Shown: positions 14,165 to 26,451 of the stretch, one piece after another | Numbering within the stretch: position 1 is the stretch's first letter | Layout: each line of letters begins with the position of its first letter | Assembly (NCBI GenBank): GCA_964016885.1 | Contig: OZ024754.1 | Coordinates: 29,636,001 to 29,700,000 of the forward strand | From: Eledone cirrhosa | Taxonomy: Eukaryota | DNA: 64,000 nucleotides | Reading direction: 5' to 3' | Made by a program: the position numbers and the translations under genes | Notes under the pieces: generated by a model | What the model was told of the DNA's origin: nothing | The model's input: the letters and a program-made list of their open reading frames with translations, nothing else | Databases searched by the model: none

Positions 14165-14528
14165 TAGGTTGGAGTAGATTTAATCGACTTTTCTCTCTCC
14201 TCAAATTGTTGGCCTTGTGCCTAAATCAGAAATCATTATAGGCACGTGTCTTGGTATTCCTCGGGCCTTTAATTTAATTCTCAGGGAGATTCAGCGTGAC
14301 ACAGTTTGAATGATTAGCTGACACTTTCAAGTCTATCTTGTATTCTATAATAAAAGATAGACTTGAAAGTGTCAGCTAATCATTCAAACTGTGTCACGCT
14401 GAATCTCCCTGAGAATTAAATTAAAGGCCCGAGGAATACCAAGACACGTGCCTATAATGATTTCTGATTTAGGCACAAGGCCAACAATTTGAGGAGAGAG
14501 AAAAGTCGATTAAATCTACTCCAACCTA
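14165..14528. repeat. Near-perfect 364-bp palindrome of SINE-derived sequence
   Basis: 14165-14345 is the reverse complement of 14348-14528, with mismatches seen only near the centre. Confidence 0.95.
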
Positions 14529-14659
14529 AGGGCAGCAACGAACTCCCTCTTACACCAATGGCCAGCCAATACAGGCTGGAGATAGAACGTGTAGCAACAA
14601 GGGCGGTGCCCCAGCATGATCTCAGCCGGGTGGCTACATCAGGTAAAAGAGTAAAAGAG

Positions 14660-14810
14660 GGTACAACTGGTATTTTATTTTTATCTACCACATAAGGATG
14701 AAAGGTAAAGCTAACCTCGGTGGGATTTGAACTTAGAACGTAAAGGGCCGTAACACTGAACCGTAAAGTATGTTGCCCAACGCTCTACCGGTACTGTCAA
14801 TTCGCCGCCC
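14660..14810 (-). mobile_element. tRNA-derived SINE, diverged
   Basis: ggatgaaagg..aacctcgg.gggatttgaact..cgctctaccg. Confidence 0.75.
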
Positions 14811-16322
14811 TCATTTGCACTATAATACAAGTTAGACTGTACTTGTAATTCAAAGGGCCAGCCTTGCCACATATACTGTATCACAGTGAATTCATCCCAA
14901 GAATTATGATAAAGGTACACGTGTCTGTAAAATGATCAACCACTTGCACGTTAAATTTCACGAGCTTGCTATTTCGTTGATCAAAACAACTGGATCAGTC
15001 ATTTTTGAAACAGCAGGCGGTATATTTATTTATTCATATTACTTAAATTACATTATAGGAAAAGTGTTTTATCTCCATACATAGTCATTTTATTGAATTC
15101 AAAATAATAATAATAATAATGATAATAACTTGACAGATTGTTTGCTTAGTTGAATAGATTTTATTTACAGGAGTATATCACAGTTTTCGATTCTTATCTC
15201 ATGATAAAAATCTGCATTGAAATGAATAAAATAGTATGCATAATAGCCACTAAAAAAAAAATGAAAGTAATCCAAGCAAGTGATTGCTATATAACTACGG
15301 AACTTTTGAAAGTAATGAACTATTAACTGAAAAAAAAATATGAAAGTAATCCAAGCAAGTGATTGCTATATAAATAAAGGAACTTTTTAAGAGAAAAACT
15401 TTAATGATAACACTCTTAAGGAGCTATATCTTTAAAAGACTATAATTAATAAATCTTATTTAATTATCACTAATAAAATACCACATAATACCAAACTGAC
15501 TAACCATAATTTAGTATATATTTTCTACTAAAAATGACAGTTTTATGTAAATATATTTAATACAGATTAAATGTTCAGCGCGGAAAATATGATTTTGTTT
15601 CATATCTTTTTTTTCTTTTGATTTTCAAACGTTATGTCCTTTATACTCCAATGAATTATAGTTTATCGATAAAAAAATTCTTCATGAGAACATCTTTTAT
15701 GATTTTTTGCATTATCTAAATAGGTTATGAAAATATTTATTCAAGAGTATATAGTATTTTATTTGTTTACCTTCACTTTTAATGGTTTATATGAGAGACA
15801 TCCTCAAAGCAGTGTATTGTTATCCAGGTAACTGTGCGAATGAATTAAATAATGTTAATAGATACACAAGCGTTACGTACATATTGCTACATTATCTGGT
15901 CTGTACTCCTATTAGGAGCTTTCTTTAATTCATAACATAAACTCAGTCGGTTTCTCATAAATATATTATGGTACATTGAACATCATTTTTGCATTTAAAA
16001 TGAATGAAAGAAAATATTTTAAGGTGAATGGGCTAAACAACAATAACATAATAATAATAAAGGTGTATAGTTTGTCGTTATTACTGTTTTTTTTAACCCT
16101 GAGTTAATCCTGATCTAGCAGATTTATGATCAAAGGTTTACCTGAAGGAAACACCTTGTCTTTTATCTAATGTATAATTTCTTTAATTAAGGATGGAAGA
16201 TGGTTGGATAACATCCATGAGCTTAGTTGGTTTTGTTTGGGAATCCAGCAGGATCTGACATGAACCACTGGAACTAGTGTCTCAGGACTCTACCCACACG
16301 ACCTTCTCAAGAATAAGTGGGC

Positions 16323-16428
16323 GAAGAAGAAGAAGAAGAAGAAGAAGAAGAAGAAGCAGGTTGTAAAGAGCATTTAAGTGGAAATATAGCTGCTTATAAA
16401 AGAAGTATAGAAGAATTATAGTAGTAGC

Positions 16429-16492
<64 letters not shown>

Positions 16493-16494
16493 AA

Positions 16495-16537
<43 letters not shown>

Positions 16538-16590
16538 CAAGAAGAAGATGGTTGTAAAGAGCATTTAAGTGGAAATATGGCTGCTTATTT
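16323..16590. repeat. (GAA)n and (TAG)n microsatellites with a ~45-bp direct duplication
   Basis: ggttgtaaagagcatttaagtggaaatat.gctgcttat at about 16359 and 16549. Confidence 0.85.
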
Positions 16591-16814
16591 TCAATTTTCT
16601 TTTCTAGAAGACAGTCTAAACAAGGAAAGACATTCTTTTGGCTTCACATGAAAGTATATTTAGTCTCACATTCATAGTTGATACGGCAGAAATTGCAATT
16701 TAAGTAGTTCATATATCCAGATAACTTGGAAAAATGTGAGAAGAAGAAAAGGATAGAGACAAAAATGGAAAAATAAGAAGGAAACGGGAGGGGCTAAACT
16801 CTACACACTTGTCT

Positions 16815-16865
<51 letters not shown>

Positions 16866-17310
16866 GGTGTTGGATGCTTAAAGCGTCTGTCTGCGGTGGG
16901 CCTTTTGAGCACTCGATGCTCTCATAGAGCAGAGTATGATATCACAGAAAAAAAGAGAATCAGTGTTGCGACGAATGGAATTTATTGGACATATTACAAT
17001 CGTTTCTCTGGCGTCCAGCTCGAGGCACGATCGGTGTGCTGATCCTATAGGAAATTCTGCTTCGTAGAATCAAAACGTATCTGAGGACCTTGCGATTTTC
17101 AGAGTCAGGTTCTATCATCACACCGATCATGCCTCGAGCTGGTCGCCAGAAAAAACGAGAGAGTTTCGTTTACATATGAAACATGTTTATTGTTTACTGT
17201 TACATGCGTTTCGCAGAGGATTGGTCATATATTATAAGCATTGCACCAAAGTGGTTTTTCAACCCATGTAATTCTAAACACACTTCTTTGTGTGTTTATT
17301 TCTATATATC

Positions 17311-17371
<61 letters not shown>

Positions 17372-17391
17372 CATACACACACACATATATA

Positions 17392-17422
<31 letters not shown>

Positions 17423-17581
17423 ACATACACACACACATATATACACATATATATATATATATATAATTGGTGTTGGTGCTTAAAACGTCCGTATGCGGTC
17501 GGCCGTATGGTCGCCCGAGAAACAATTGTAGTATGCCCAATAAATTCCTTTCGTCGCAACACGGATTCTCTTTCTTTTGTG

Positions 17582-17617
<36 letters not shown>

Positions 17618-17621
<4 letters not shown>

Positions 17622-18020
17622 GATATTAACAAATGGAAACTCTATTTATAAAACCATATTTATTTCATTATACATATTTCAAGGACACCAAGTTAAATTA
17701 TGGTGTGCTGTCATCAGATAAAATATAATATAGAGCAATTTTATAAATAGATATTGACATACCCTTAAAGAATGCAACCATTTCTGTTGAAAGCTCCCGG
17801 ATATTTATAAAACTGCTCTATATTATATTTTATCTGATGAAAGCACACCATAATTTAACTTGGTGTCCTTGAAATATGTATAATGAAATAAATATGGTTT
17901 TATAAATATAGTTTACATTTGTTAATATCGTATTTTTACTCCAATTATTTGTTGAGTGCTTTATATCAGTTATAAAAATATTTGCTTGTTGCATCCCAAC
18001 AATTTAAATAGAACTTTTAC
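17618..18020. mobile_element. Short hammerhead-bearing repeat (family H2) with fold-back arms 17618-17749 / 17802-17933
   Basis: Arms are reverse complements. Homologous to about 55710-55835 and 63110-63270. Bounded by (TA)n. Confidence 0.8.
17826..17890 (+). ncRNA. Type I hammerhead ribozyme (mirror copy on minus strand at about 17661-17725)
   Basis: TATTTTAT-CTGATGA-AAGCACACCA[loop]TGGTGTCCTT-GAAA-TATGTA-TA-ATGAAATA: intact core, helices I and II, minimal helix III. Confidence 0.8.
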
Positions 18021-18044
18021 ATATATATATATATATATATATAC

Positions 18045-18092
<48 letters not shown>

Positions 18093-18270
18093 TCTTGTTG
18101 TCTTATGTTTAGCCTATATATATTTTGCCTGAACAGTATATCTTAGCAACACAGCCACATGTTGGGGGTAAATGTTGGCGACAGCATTGCATCAGTAAAC
18201 AGCCAGCAATACACACTGCATCGGCCATTCAAACTTAAATTGTCCTGTAAAAATAATTATTATTATTATC

Positions 18271-19948
18271 TTGGAGTTGTTGCAGGGCATCCCTTTGGAA
18301 CCGGGATTGCGGAAAGCGGTGTCAGCCTACGCCGATGATGTGACAGTAATGGTGTCCACGGCCTCCGAAATCGAGGCGGTCGGCACCTTACTGGAGGAGT
18401 ACGAAAAGTTCACAGGGGCTAAGCTGAACCGGGACAAGTCGATCGGTTTGCAACTCGGCACGTGGAGGGGCAGACCGATGCCCTCCGATGGCGTCGTCGG
18501 ACGCTGGACGGAGGGCCCGGTGAAGTTGCTCGGGGTCTGGTTCGGACCGGACCTCCAGGTGGAGGGTGTTTGCACTGACCCAGAAGTGGGCCAGTTGCAA
18601 ACTATCCCTGAAAGGTCGGGCGGAGGTGGCGAACACTTATATAGCGTCCGTCACCTACTACCGCCTGACCGTAGTGCCCTGCCCAAGGGAAACCCTCACC
18701 AAGATGGAGCGCGCGCTCTTCCAATTCCTTTGGAAGAGGCGGGCTCCTATGGTGAGGAGATCCATCTGCTGTCAACACCCTTCGAAAGGAGGGCTGGGGA
18801 TGCCGTGGCTAATGATGCGTAAACACGCATTAAGGCTACGGCACCTCTACGTATTCCTCACCGGACAACCGGTGTGGGCCTCGTTTGTGAGACGAACCTT
18901 TCCCAGACTCGTCTCACTCACCGAGCTGCAATCCTGGGTCAAGCAAAGACCGAGAAAACTGGGCGCCTGGCACACTGAGTGTGCCCAGGCGCCCACCGCC
19001 CTCTGGCAGGCGGATCCGGTTATCAGTGGAGACTCCACCGCAACATTCTATAGAGGGCTGGTACGCAGCAGGTGCGACGACGCCCTCGGAGAAGCCCTAG
19101 ACATGGAGGAGGACGAACTGGCCAGCCTGTTCGGTAGGACATTCAGCCCGGGACCTATGGACAACTTCCAGAAGTCCCTGGCCTGGCAGTGCTACCGAGG
19201 GGCTTTACCCGTTCGAGAAAGGCTCTACAGACACGGGCGCCCGGGTAGGGACCCCGCCAAAAAGATCTGTCCCAGATGCGTGTGCGACGAGGAAACCGTT
19301 GCACACGCATTGGTACACTGCTCGGGCGTAGCCGATCTGTGGGGCTATGTCGAACAACTGCTGTCAAGGGTGGGACCGATCCGGTTGACCACCGAGTCTA
19401 TTGTAATGATCAAGCCGCCTCCCCCCTTCAAAGATGAAGCAGAGGCGGTGTTTCTGTGCGTAATAGCCATGGCGAAAGAGGTTGTATGGTGGACGCGTCT
19501 GAAAGGACTGAGGTCAGGCACCTTTCTCTCTGGCCAACAACTGGTCCGTTTCTTCCGATATCATTTCGGAAGAAGGATCAGGATGGAGAGAGAGGTGCTG
19601 CACCCCAGTCGTTTTTATGAAAGGTGGGTGAAAGTGGCGAGAATGGCCCGTGTGAATGGGCCTTCTCTTTACATAAGCCTGTAGGTGGAAAAGAGGAAGG
19701 AACGAGGGAGCACCCCCTCTCTGTGCTCCTGAGGAAAAGGGTTGCACACTTTTTTCGGGGGTGTGTGCAACCCCCCAAGGCGCCTCCTCTCTATTGAGAA
19801 TTTTGTTAAAAATTTTATTTTTTGTTATATCTTATTTTATTTTTATATTTTGTTATTGCCTCCTCCTTATTGAGGACGCCTTTTTGTGTAAACTCCCCCC
19901 TTTGTACTTGTCCCACTTTTGATGCCCTAGTGGCAAATAAAAGAAACA
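18271..19948 (+). mobile_element. Tx1/L1-clade LINE, 5'-truncated, with 26-bp frameshifting deletion
   Basis: AYADD RT motif in 18271..18822, continuing in 18566..19684. Nearly identical to 26524-28226. Confidence 0.95.
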
Positions 19949-19958
19949 TATCTTATTA

Positions 19959-20358
19959 GGGCGGTGGATTGGCAGTATCGGTAGACGGTCGGGCGCCATG
20001 CTTTGACGCATAGAGTTACGGCCCTTGCCATTCTGAGATCAAATCCCGCCAAGGTTAACTTTGCCTTTCATCCTTACGGGGGTCGATAAAATAAAGTACC
20101 AGTAATAAAAATTGGGTAATTGCTGGCCTTGTGCCTAAAGTAGAAACAATTATCTTATTATCTTATTAGGGCGGTGGATTGGCAGTATCGGTAGAAGGTC
20201 GGACGCCATGCGTTCCAGCATAGTTACGTCCCTTTACGATCTGAGTTCAAATCCCGCCGAGGTTGACTTTGCCTTTCATCCTTACGGGGTCGATAAAATA
20301 AAGTACCAGTAATGAACTGGGTGATTGCTGGCCTTGTGCCTAAAGTAGAAACAATTAT
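19959..20358 (+). mobile_element. Two tandem full-length SINEs (19959-20150, 20169-20358)
   Basis: A/B boxes and family tail. First copy is flanked by a tatcttatta duplication. Confidence 0.92.
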
Positions 20359-20619
20359 TTTATTACATATGGACTGCTGGTAAATTTACCTGTTGCTGTC
20401 AGATTTACAAACGACACTTTGAATTAAACTATATATTGAAATATTACAAGTCAGAATATGTCAGAATTATCTGTGGGAGCTAGAGTATATATTTGGAAGA
20501 TCATATTAAATTATTTTATTGTATTATCGAGATAATCACATTACTACGCTTTATATTGAAGTATATTTTCAATAAATGATTGATGAAATAATCTCGAGAT
20601 ATATCTTTTAGTAACTGTA

Positions 20620-20663
20620 TGATATGTATGTATGTATGAATGGTATGTATGAATGTATGTATG

Positions 20664-20753
<90 letters not shown>

Positions 20754-20777
20754 TATATGTATGTATGTATGTATATA

Positions 20778-20863
<86 letters not shown>

Positions 20864-21428
20864 CATATATATATATGTATATATATATATGTATATATAT
20901 ATATATACATATATATGGGTGAGTGTGTATGAATGTGTATGAGTCTTTGTATATATATATATATGTGTGTGTGTGTGGATATGTATATATGTATCCCTAC
21001 ATGTGTATGGATTTTGCATGCATACTTGTTTATGAAAGTTTTCGTTGTATATGTATGTATGTAAGTATATATATATATGTATGTTTACATATATGTGTGT
21101 ATGTATGTATGTATATATGTGTGTATGTATATAAATATGTATGCATATATGCATATATGTGTGTATGTATGTATGTATGTATGTATGTATGTATGTGTGT
21201 ATGTATGTATGTATGTATGCATATGTGTGTGTATGTATGTATGTATGCATATATGTGTGTATGTATGTATGTATGCATATATGTGTGTATGTATGTATGT
21301 ATGTATGTATGCATATATGTGTGTATGTATGTATGTATGCATATATGTGTGTTTGTATGTTATCTCTTTCTCTTAATTTCGAGTATAGTTTTTTGACCGG
21401 CCACCTTATGTATGTATGCATATATGTG

Positions 21429-21460
<32 letters not shown>

Positions 21461-21555
21461 TGTATGTATGTATGTATGTATGTATGTGTGTATGAATGTA
21501 TGAACCTATGTATGTATGTATGTGTGTATGTATGCGTGTATATATATGTATCTAT
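20620..21555. repeat. (TA)n/(TG)n/(TATG)n compound microsatellite
   Basis: Read directly from sequence. Confidence 0.95.
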
Positions 21556-21756
21556 GTTTGCTTTATTCTAAACTGCTTTCCATAGTTTCCCCACATACAT
21601 CGTCAACTTCCCATTTATCAATGCTCATTGCACATTATATCAATAGTTGGTGTATTTATCTCAATAACTGTTGCACATTTATCAGTTACGTTCAATCAAT
21701 CAGACTGCCAGTTTTACAACACACATCTCAACACAGCCAAACAAAAACAATAATAC

Positions 21757-22135
21757 TAATGGTTTCTACCTTTGGCACAAGGCCAGCAATTACCCCAGTA
21801 CATTACTGGTACTTTATTTTATCGACCCCGTAAGAATGCAAGGCAAAGTTAACCCCGGCGGTATTTGAACTCTATGGGCCGTAACTCTATGCTGCAAAGC
21901 ATAGCGTCCGACCCTCTACCGATACTGCCAATCCACCGAATAATGGTATCCGATTTAGGCACAAGGCCAACAATATTGGGGAGAGTGGGGAAGTCGACTA
22001 TATCGATCCAGTGCGTTACTGGTACTTTGTTTTATCGACCCCGGAAAGATGAAAGTCAAAATTTACTTCGGCTGAATTTTGAACTTAAGACGAAAAGCAC
22101 CGGCACAGATACTGCTGAACATTTTCCCGGCGTTC
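21757..22135 (-). mobile_element. Two adjacent SINEs (21757-21938, 21940-22135)
   Basis: Family tail ggcacaaggcca and B-box complements. Confidence 0.85.
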
Positions 22136-22234
22136 TAAAGACTCTATTAGTCTCCCCTTCTTTTGTACATTCACCAATGACGTTCTCTCACTTTTCATTG
22201 GCACTCAGCCATACATCTTCATAAATATATATAT

Positions 22235-22495
22235 TAGGATTGGTGTTCTGAAATAGCGATGTATACATGAATGTATGTATAGTATATTTGGCAACATACC
22301 GTATGTTTAATTAAAAACATTTAGAAGACCATACGCTAACTGTCACTTACTTCTTTTCGGCGAAAGAAGGGAGAGAAGCAAACAGTATGTTTCACGCTGG
22401 TTGCCGATCATCAGAGCCACGCACCTCCTGCTTCCACCGAAAATTATGGAAGCTGGATTCTTATAGAAATCCAATAATAATCAGGAGCTGATTGA
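22235..22495 (-). mobile_element. Short hammerhead-bearing repeat (family H1), diverged copy
   Basis: Colinear with 30165-30410 and 61625-61905. Minus-strand CTGATGA..GAAAC at 22377-22418 with decayed helices. Confidence 0.75.
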
Positions 22496-22505
22496 TACTA
22501 TACAT

Positions 22506-22594
<89 letters not shown>

Positions 22595-22608
22595 CATATA
22601 TATATATA

Positions 22609-25600
22609 AGAGAGTATAGAAGTTTGTTTGAAGCATTGTGGAATAATAAAAATTTGGTCGTTTTGGAAGCCTCAACAATACAGATGGGTAAATCTCCCGG
22701 TAACAGAATCCGGTGGTGGTGAGAGAGATATAAGAGGAAATGTAGAATGAGATGTATAGTGTGTAGAGGAACGTAGGAAATAGCGTATAAAAAAAAATAA
22801 TAACACGAGATAGAGTTACCTTGGATGAGATTTAATTGTCCCTATATTTCGGATTTCGCATCCTCAACTGTGGGGTTTTCCGAGGGGGAAAGTTATCTGT
22901 CGGAGAGCAACGGTACGTGGCCTCTGTTGTCCGCTGTTTGTGTGTAACTGAGATATTCTGTAGAGCGCGCGTGTGCGCGGAATAGGTGCGGTCAAGCAAA
23001 GGTCGAGGCAGTACCTCTTTGTTGTGGGAGTGGGATGGTGCTAGCTGTCAATCTGTTATACTACTTATATTCAGTCTTTGTTACTGGCAGTGTAGTAGTC
23101 TGCCTGGTCGCTTGTTGGTAGGTGGATGGTGGGGGCGCTATACACACAATAACAATCGTTCGAATGCCACTGTGTGTGTGTGCGTGCATGTGCTGTTGAA
23201 TCGTTTGTTTATACCAGTCCCCTCGTCTCGCTTCTCTCGGATCGGTTATTTATTTGTGGTCCTAGGCGTTTGATCCAAAGTGCTTCCTTGATTCGTAACG
23301 TGCCGATGTTCCGTTCTGTCGCTAGCACTGTGACAATGGGCCTTCTGTCTTTGTTTCCGCATTTGGTTATGTGTTTCCGGAAAGACGAGGCCCTGGTGTT
23401 GATGTGCTCCTTGATCAGGATATGTAGCGGCCGGGTTGTGCTACCGATATAGTAGTGGTTGCACTTGTCACATTCTAGCCTGTATACAACGTGCGTGCAC
23501 AAGCAAGTTCGTTCGGCGCATCTGACAGTTTCTGAGGGAACACGCGTCAGTCAATTTCCCGGGTTTCCTGGTGAAGCATCTCCGTAGGGAGGGGCCCGAG
23601 TGGGCCAGGTAGATGTCGAGACCCTTTCTCCGTATAGCCCTGCGGATAGCGTTGGTGGTTTTCTCGCCCAGGTGCGGGATTTTAAGGAAGCACTTGCCTT
23701 GGGTGTTTCTCTTCCTCTTGCGTCTGGTGTCTCTTACTCTGTTTGTGAGCGAGGCTGGGTATCCGTTCGTCTCCAGAACCCTGAGGAACCGCTTGGTATG
23801 GGTGACACCACTCACGGAATCGCTACATCTGTTTTTAATTCGCGTGATCTCGTTCGTGATGTACCCTCTTTTAGCACTGTTAGGGAGGGTACACTTGTAG
23901 TGGACGAACATGTCCCTGCAGGCTGCCTTGCGGTAGTTGGTGTCGATCCCTCCCTGCTCCGTGAAGTTGATTCGGAAGTCGAGGAGGACAAGGGACCCGT
24001 CGTCGTTGGGGTGTTCAACGCTGAAATCAATATTCTCGTCCGTGTTGTGGAACGCCTCATAAATTCCGCTCGCCATCTCCTGGGAAGATGTGAGGATGAG
24101 GATGACGTCCACGTACCTTGAGAAGAAGACGACGGCGTTGGGGTGGCAGGTGTTGAGTGCCTTGCGCTCGAGGCTGTCCATGTATGGGATCGCTTGCACA
24201 CCCGACAGCCCTGAGGTTTGCCGGTATGTTTGGTCGAGAAAACCGAAATACGTGTTGTCAACGACGACGGATAGGAGCTAGTGGATGTCAGTGGGGTTGA
24301 GCCCGAAGCAGTGTAGGTCGGTAGATTGAACGCGTTCCATCAGTATATCAACGGCCGGGAGCGCCGGGACCGAGGTGTAAAGAGCGACCACATCAAGGCT
24401 GAAGGCATACCTGTTAGCCTTTCTGGTGTCGGGATCCGTTTGATGTAGGCGCTCCAACACTTCCTCGGAGCTGTTTACGTGTCCCGGCAAGGTGTCTAGG
24501 ATGGGTTAAGTATTCTGGCTAGGAGCCATGAAATTTTGTAGAGCAGTCCCTCCACGCTCGATACAAGGTGGTAGAAGGTGGGTAGTCTGCTGTTCCTAGT
24601 GAGGAGGTTGTATCTGAGCTTCTTCGGGAGCTTCCGCCGGTCACAGATGTTGGTCCAGGCGGCGTTGATGTGCTCCTCGATCTGCGCGATTCCTGTGACT
24701 TTAGAGTAGAGGTTGTCATCGTCAAGGTGTTGGAGGGCCAGAGTGTTGTAGGCCTCTCTGCTGATGACGCAGAATTGTTTTCCCTTGTCGGTAGGGGTTG
24801 TAGATGAGGTTGGTCGATTTCAGGTTGGAGAGAGTTGAGATTTAGTGAGGTTGTGTGTTGTGCGTGTGTGTGTGTTTGTGTAGGATATCAGAAATGGAGT
24901 GTTTTAACCTGATGAGTTTGGTGTCGAGTTCGTGGTTGGTGGGTGATGAGTGGAGTGGGTTTTCGAGGTGGTAAGTGGGGAACTTGGGGCGGGTTGTGTT
25001 GGTGCTCTTTTTTTCCATGGCGCTGTTGATGGCGGTCACCCATTTAAGTTGGTAGGTGGCTCGGCAGAAGTTGGCTTCGATGTCGAGTTTTAGTCTGTTG
25101 TCGAACCGCTCTGAGACGATAAACTTTGGCTCGAGGCGTAGGAGTTCCAGCTCGTCGTTCGTGAGGGTGCCGGTTAAGTCGGTGACCAGGTGCGTCGCAT
25201 CGTTGAGGTGTGGCTCGGTGCTGGTGGATGTGGCGGCGGCGGTTGTTTATGTTGCTGTTTATCACGTGGTTCTGATCTGTCTGTTTGTTAGTGTCGGTGT
25301 GTTCGTTGTGGAGTTTAAGCAAGATCCACTCATATTTCCGCTTGAGCCGTTTTTTTCGTGTTTGGACTCTGGAGTGGTAGCACTGGTCGATTGCTTTAGT
25401 GACTTTAAGGAGCAAGTCACCGGGTGTTAGTGTTAATCGATGTGTCCGCTCTGAGAGTGTCCGTTTATGGATGTGTAGTTGGCGGTTGAGATGTCGCAGG
25501 ATCTGTTTGATACACGAGCGGTGTATGCGGCTAGCGGTGTTTCGAATAGCTGGTGTACGTAGGCTTACTGGTAAGCGGATGTTCTTGATGCTGGTGGGGA

Positions 25601-25712
25601 TGACATCGTTTTTTAGGCAGCGTTTTAGGAAAATAATTTGACAGCCAACATCGGCCCATTTCTCCGACAGTCTAAAGAGTTCCCTTACGGATGCAAACAA
25701 TTCCTGGCTCAT
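22609..25712 (-). mobile_element. Penelope-like retroelement, nearly full length, frameshifted
   Basis: N-terminal FLKRCLKNDVIP (25044..25712), RT motifs SLDVVALYT and RYVD, thumb YRK..C..HY, GIY-YIG VVYRLEC..C...YIGST.R.L...IKEH (23209..23502). (TA)n on both sides. Confidence 0.9.
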
Positions 25713-25832
25713 ATATATACGTATATATGTATGTATTTATTATATATATACATAAATAAATATTATATATATATATCTATATATATATATACATACACAC
25801 ACACACATATATATATATATAAATATATATAT

Positions 25833-25863
<31 letters not shown>

Positions 25864-26363
25864 GATATATATGCATACATATATATAATATATATATATA
25901 CATATAGGAACCAGTAAGACCCCGACAGCTGAGCTCAAGCCGTTTCGACGGCTAATTCTGGACTAAATGTATATACATATAGATATATATATACATATAG
26001 ATATATATATACATATAGATATATATACATACACGCAAGGTAACTATATTTTGATATGTCACCTCCGTAACTATGTGTGTTTACACTCTTTACATATTAC
26101 CCCTGTAATTATTTGATCTGTTTATTACTTATATATATGTCATTCGACTTTTAATTTAATGTTAATAAATTCTCGGATGTATTACTTGGAATCTTTAAGC
26201 TTATTCCACGGGTGGTATCGCGCATACTTTTGATATTCTCAGACATGGCATCTTGAATCTAATTTTGGTAGTGTGTGTATATATATATATATATATATAT
26301 GACATCATAGCTAAAGGACTAACATTTATTATATAAATCTGATCATTAATTTATTCTCTCCTT

Positions 26364-26397
<34 letters not shown>

Positions 26398-26400
26398 CTT

Positions 26401-26450
<50 letters not shown>

Positions 26451-26451
<1 letters not shown>

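Noticed and set aside
15253-15372. ~40-bp direct repeat
   Set aside because: Ordinary local duplication in AT-rich DNA
22838-22875. Hammerhead-like TTGAGGA..GAAA in the Penelope 3' region
   Set aside because: U3-G8 mismatch and no convincing helix I or II
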